NCBI GenBank assembly: GCA_002104945.1 | Contig: MCFH01000052.1 | Coordinates: 62,001 to 126,000 of the forward strand | DNA from: Piromyces finnis finn | Lineage: Eukaryota > Fungi > Neocallimastigomycota | Direction: 5' to 3' | Length of the DNA stretch: 64,000 nucleotides | Shown: piece by piece, positions 59,770 to 64,000 of the stretch | Layout: each line of letters begins with the position of its first letter | How positions within the stretch are numbered: position 1 is the first letter of the stretch | The notes under the pieces: model-generated | What the model was told of the DNA's origin: nothing | Seen by the model: only the letters and a program-made list of their open reading frames with translations | The model's database searches: none | Made by a program: the position numbers and the translations under genes

Positions 59770-60697
59770 TCTATTTAATCTCTTTTTTTGCTTCAAGTAT
59801 CTATTTGTTACTTTTTATATATTTTTTTTTTACAATTGATAGATTTTTTTTTTTAAAAAAAAAAAATGGTTGATTTGAAAAGTTTGATGTTATAAAAAAT
59901 GGAAATGTATATTGTATATGTATATATTAAATTAAATTAAAAAAAAAAAAAAAAAAGTATATAAAATGGTTGATATTCTTGTATAAAATAGGGTTGTTAT
60001 TTTTTTTTTAGTTGGTTGGTTGGTTGGTTGGTTGGTATATAAAAATGAAAGAAATTTAATAATATCAATTAATTAAAATGTTGAAATTAATAACTCTATA
60101 CTATTCCCAAATTAATGATTAAAAAAAAGTTTGGTTTTTTTTTTTCCTCTAAAAGAAAAAGAAATAGTCTATTAATAGATAGATAATTTGTTCCTTGATA
60201 TCTTTTTCTTTTTAAATTCAAACTTTTATTTTTTTTTTTTTTTTTTTCCCAATTAAAAGTTATTGTAATTTCACTTAATAATAAAAAAAAAAAACTTTTT
60301 TTTTTTTGAATACTAAAATAGTGTATAAAAAAAATAAATTTTTGTACTGATTTTATAATTGAATTTGAAAAAAAAGGAAAGTTGATTATTATTATTATTA
60401 TTATTTTTTTTTTTCCTTTCCTTTTATTTGTCTTTATCGTTGATTTCTTTAATAAAATCGGATTCCGATACTTTAAAAAAAAATTGGTATATTATTTGAA
60501 AAGAAAAGAAATTATAAAAGCAATTTTTATCATTTTTTTTTGGTTTTTTTTTTACTTTCTTTATGGTAAATTGGCACTTTTTACCTTTTTTTTTTCTATT
60601 CAAATTCCTATGAAATTATAACAAAAAAAAAAACATTTCTTTCCCTTTTTCTTTCAACACTTTTCCTTTTTTTTTTTTCATACAAAAAAAAAAGGTT

Positions 60698-60735
<38 letters not shown>

Positions 60736-63510
60736 TTTTTCTTCGATCCTATCGGTTTGATTTTAAAATTGAATGGATATATGAATAATAAATTAAATAA
60801 ATTAATATCAATAATGGATGAATAGATTCTATAGAAAGTAAATAAATTCAATAAATAGGTGAATGCATCAATAATATTATAAATAAATTATTATTAATAA
60901 ATCATATAAATAAATAGATATATTAAATAATGATTAAATAAATAATTAAGGATTCGATTTTATATATTTATATATATATTGTAATATATTTTAATATATA
61001 ATAAATATTAAAAATTTAAAAGATCTAATGAAATAAATCAAAATATATTACAATTTAAATATAATATATTATAATTATATTGAATACATATATTAATAGT
61101 TATTTTCAATTTAAAAAAAGTTCATTTTTTTTATTTTTGGAAAATAGAGCAAATGGTGCCTTTTCTTTCGTTACAATATCAGATACTTTATATCAAAAGA
61201 AGAAGTTTTACAAATATGAATAAGCTCTTGTATTGTCAAAATAAGCATTTAATATTTATAGTCGGTTTCTCTAACAACGATTCATTCTTGTTATGTTGTT
61301 ATACAATATAATGTAGTTACATTAATGTACATAAAGTGTCATATTATAACGAACGCTTAATGATGACTCTTTTTTCTTAATAATAAAAAAAAATTAAACA
61401 AGTATGAAGGAAAAGAGAGAATAATCCTTTTTCTGGTTCTATTCTACAAGATTGAAATATATTTTCTTGTTATAAAATTATAAAGAAATGATTGTATTTG
61501 ATATCAGAATAGTAATGGTAGTAGTTCCTTTTATTCCTTCTATTAGAATTCATTCTTTTCTTTCTCTATAAAAATACTTTTATAAAAAAGAAAAATTATG
61601 AATAGAAAAAAAAAGGATAATTTTATAATAATAAAATTAGTTTTTTAAAATGATATTTTATTAACCAAAATAACAAAAGATAAAAATATTCAAATATATC
61701 TTGTCAATGATACTATTGTCAATGATATTAGAAGAAGAAGAAAAAAAGGAATTTAATTACATTTCTTGATGATGATATTTTAAAAAAGAAATTTGTTGAT
61801 AAAATTATTGTATATAGATTCATTTTCATCAAACATACTTTTTTTTTTTTTCTTTCCATCTCAATATATGAGAAAAAAAAGCATCGTAGACATATACCCA
61901 TTTCAATTCAACAATAAACCTTCTTTAATATTTTATTGTCATTCAAAGTATTTAATAAATATAAAAAAATAATTAAAATAAAAAGTTTACACATACTCAC
62001 ACATACTCATACATACTCACACATACTTTTATAACCTCACCATGTTATGTTCACTTTTCTCTTTGACATATTTTAATAATTATATTGTTAATATATTACA
62101 ATATATTCTTATATTATTTTATTATATTTCATTTGTACCAATAATTTTATTTAATAATAAATTAATTATTGAAACTTTAATTAATATTTAAATTGAATTA
62201 TTAAAAAAAAAGTGCATGTGTTAAGAAAAGAAAAAAAAAAGCATCAACAATCTTTACTTGTAAATATGGATACGAGGATACTTGTAAATACTTTTATTTA
62301 CAAGTATTCTATCATTAATTATTAGATTCATACTCCTATACCTGAAATCATATTTGTAAAGTATCTATAAATCTACTTTTCATCATACTTTTTTTTATAT
62401 TGTTTTATGTAGGTAAAAAAAAAAAGTCTTGTACATTAAACTTTTCATTCATTACAATTTATTTATCTTTTTTGTTCAGATATTCGCCTTTATCCTTAAT
62501 AATCAATACTAAGTAATATGTCTAAAGTATTAATTCCTATTATACTTCTAGGTATAGGAATTAATATAAAGTATATATTATAACTTTATAACTACACATC
62601 ATTTTTTTATCTGTAGTATATCGCCATAACTAGTCAGTGTTTGGTAAAACACTTTATAATAAAATGTTTATTTAAAGTATAGGCTTTTCATTTTTTGATT
62701 TGAATTTATTTATTATATTATGCATTCATTCATTTACTTTTTATAGTTATTTATTTACATATTCACTTAATTTTATAAAAATGTAAAATACCAAAAAAGC
62801 AAAATTTTAAAATTAATGTTACACAAGTATTTCATCTTCTATGACACAAAATAGTTAATGTATGTTTAAATATAAAATAAATAAATTTTTATAATATTAA
62901 TCAATGGATATTTTCTATAACAAATAAATATTTATATATAGTTAATTGGGATTAATATATTATTTAATATATTATTAATTAAAAGTTAAATTTTAATTTA
63001 TATTAAATTTTGAATTTTTTTTTTTTTTTTTTTTTCCTTTTATAAACTAAACAAAAAAAGAAAGAAAGAAAAAAAAGGAATGTTGTCAATGGAACATTTC
63101 TTTTTATAATTAAATAATAATAGTAATAAAAAAAAAAAAGAAAGAAAGAAAGAATAATATTAATAATACTAATAACAATATTATTATCATATTTTTATTA
63201 AAAATACCTGATAATTAAGAATAAATAAATTTATTTTTTCTTTCCTATTAAATAGTTGATAACAATTTAAAAAGAAAAAAAGTTTCATTTCCTTTTTTTT
63301 TATATATATATTTTAACCTAATTCTGATTAAAATATACGTTTATCTATATAAAAAAAGAACATTTATGAAATAAAACTTTTGTTATCAATGAAATATAAA
63401 AATATTAACAATTGAATAAAATTAAAAATTAAAAATATCAAAAATAATAATACTTGTAATTAATTAAACCATTTAAAAAAAAAAAAGTATAATTAACAAA
63501 TATCAAAGAA

Positions 63511-63541
<31 letters not shown>

Positions 63542-64000
63542 GCAAAGAAAATAAAAACAAAATTTAAAATAAAAACGAGTAATTAAAAAAAAAAATACTC
63601 AAAAAAAGCTTTTTTTAAAAAAAAAATAATAATACATAACTTAGCGTAACACGCATATATTTAATATATTAAAGTTTTAGTTTCTGCAGCTGCAGTTTTT
63701 TTTAAAGTTAACAATAAAAAAATTACTATTGTTATTATTATCTGCATAGATAATATACATAAAAAGTAAATACATATTTTGTAGAATATATTATTACCAA
63801 TTCTTTTTATTTTATTATATCCATTTAAAAAGAAAAAGAAAATATAAATCAACTCATTTTATATATCAACAATTTAAAAAAAAAAAAAACTTTTTATTTA
63901 TATAAATTTCTTATTTTTTTAAACCATTGAAAAAAAAAAAAAGTATTTTTCTTTTTTTCATTTTATATATTATAGTTTAATTTAAAATAATATAAAGTTA

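Noticed and set aside
59770-59796. ORF-track start MKQKK for the 499-aa protein
   Set aside because: That codon is TTG; the first ATG is at 59769.
61140-61400. Possible decayed coding remnant on the minus strand
   Set aside because: Multiple stops and no recognisable motif.
62240-62310. Ankyrin-like fragment TCKYGYEDTCKYF
   Set aside because: A single short degenerate match with no flanking repeats or open frame; too weak to call a pseudogene.
62529-62565. 12-bp inverted repeat ATTAATTCCTAT / ATAGGAATTAAT
   Set aside because: Mostly A/T arms in a single occurrence; expected occasionally by chance at this composition.

Overview
Extremely AT-rich eukaryotic DNA with long A/T homopolymer runs and GT-AG introns. 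The composition, ankyrin expansion and gene content fit an anaerobic gut fungus (Neocallimastigomycota), which is an inference and not proven. The left part (1.5-28 kb) is an accessory block of intronless genes. It holds a 3439-aa RNF213/mysterin-like multi-AAA+ ATPase with no visible RING or RZ-finger E3 module. Head-to-head with it (775 bp apart) is a 2840-aa protein with the architecture of a bacterial filamentous-haemagglutinin/CdiA-type exoprotein but no signal peptide. Two small secreted-peptide genes and a 1150-aa ankyrin-repeat protein follow. The middle and right parts carry spliced housekeeping genes that I reconstructed by hand: a 3-exon PSP1-domain gene and a 10-exon CCZ1. They also carry an apparently complete non-LTR retrotransposon (APE-RT-CCHC, poly(A) tail, 13-bp target-site duplication, tandem 124-bp 5' monomers), a second cluster of the secreted-peptide family, and a signal-anchored protein with C-terminal FFAT-like motifs. 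There are two leading candidates for an undescribed system. One is the RNF213-like/CdiA-like divergent gene pair. The other is a secreted-peptide family whose upstream module, leader and 3' flank are conserved while the mature region varies widely. No tRNA, rRNA or CRISPR array was recognised. All assignments come from reading motifs by eye; no database search was run.
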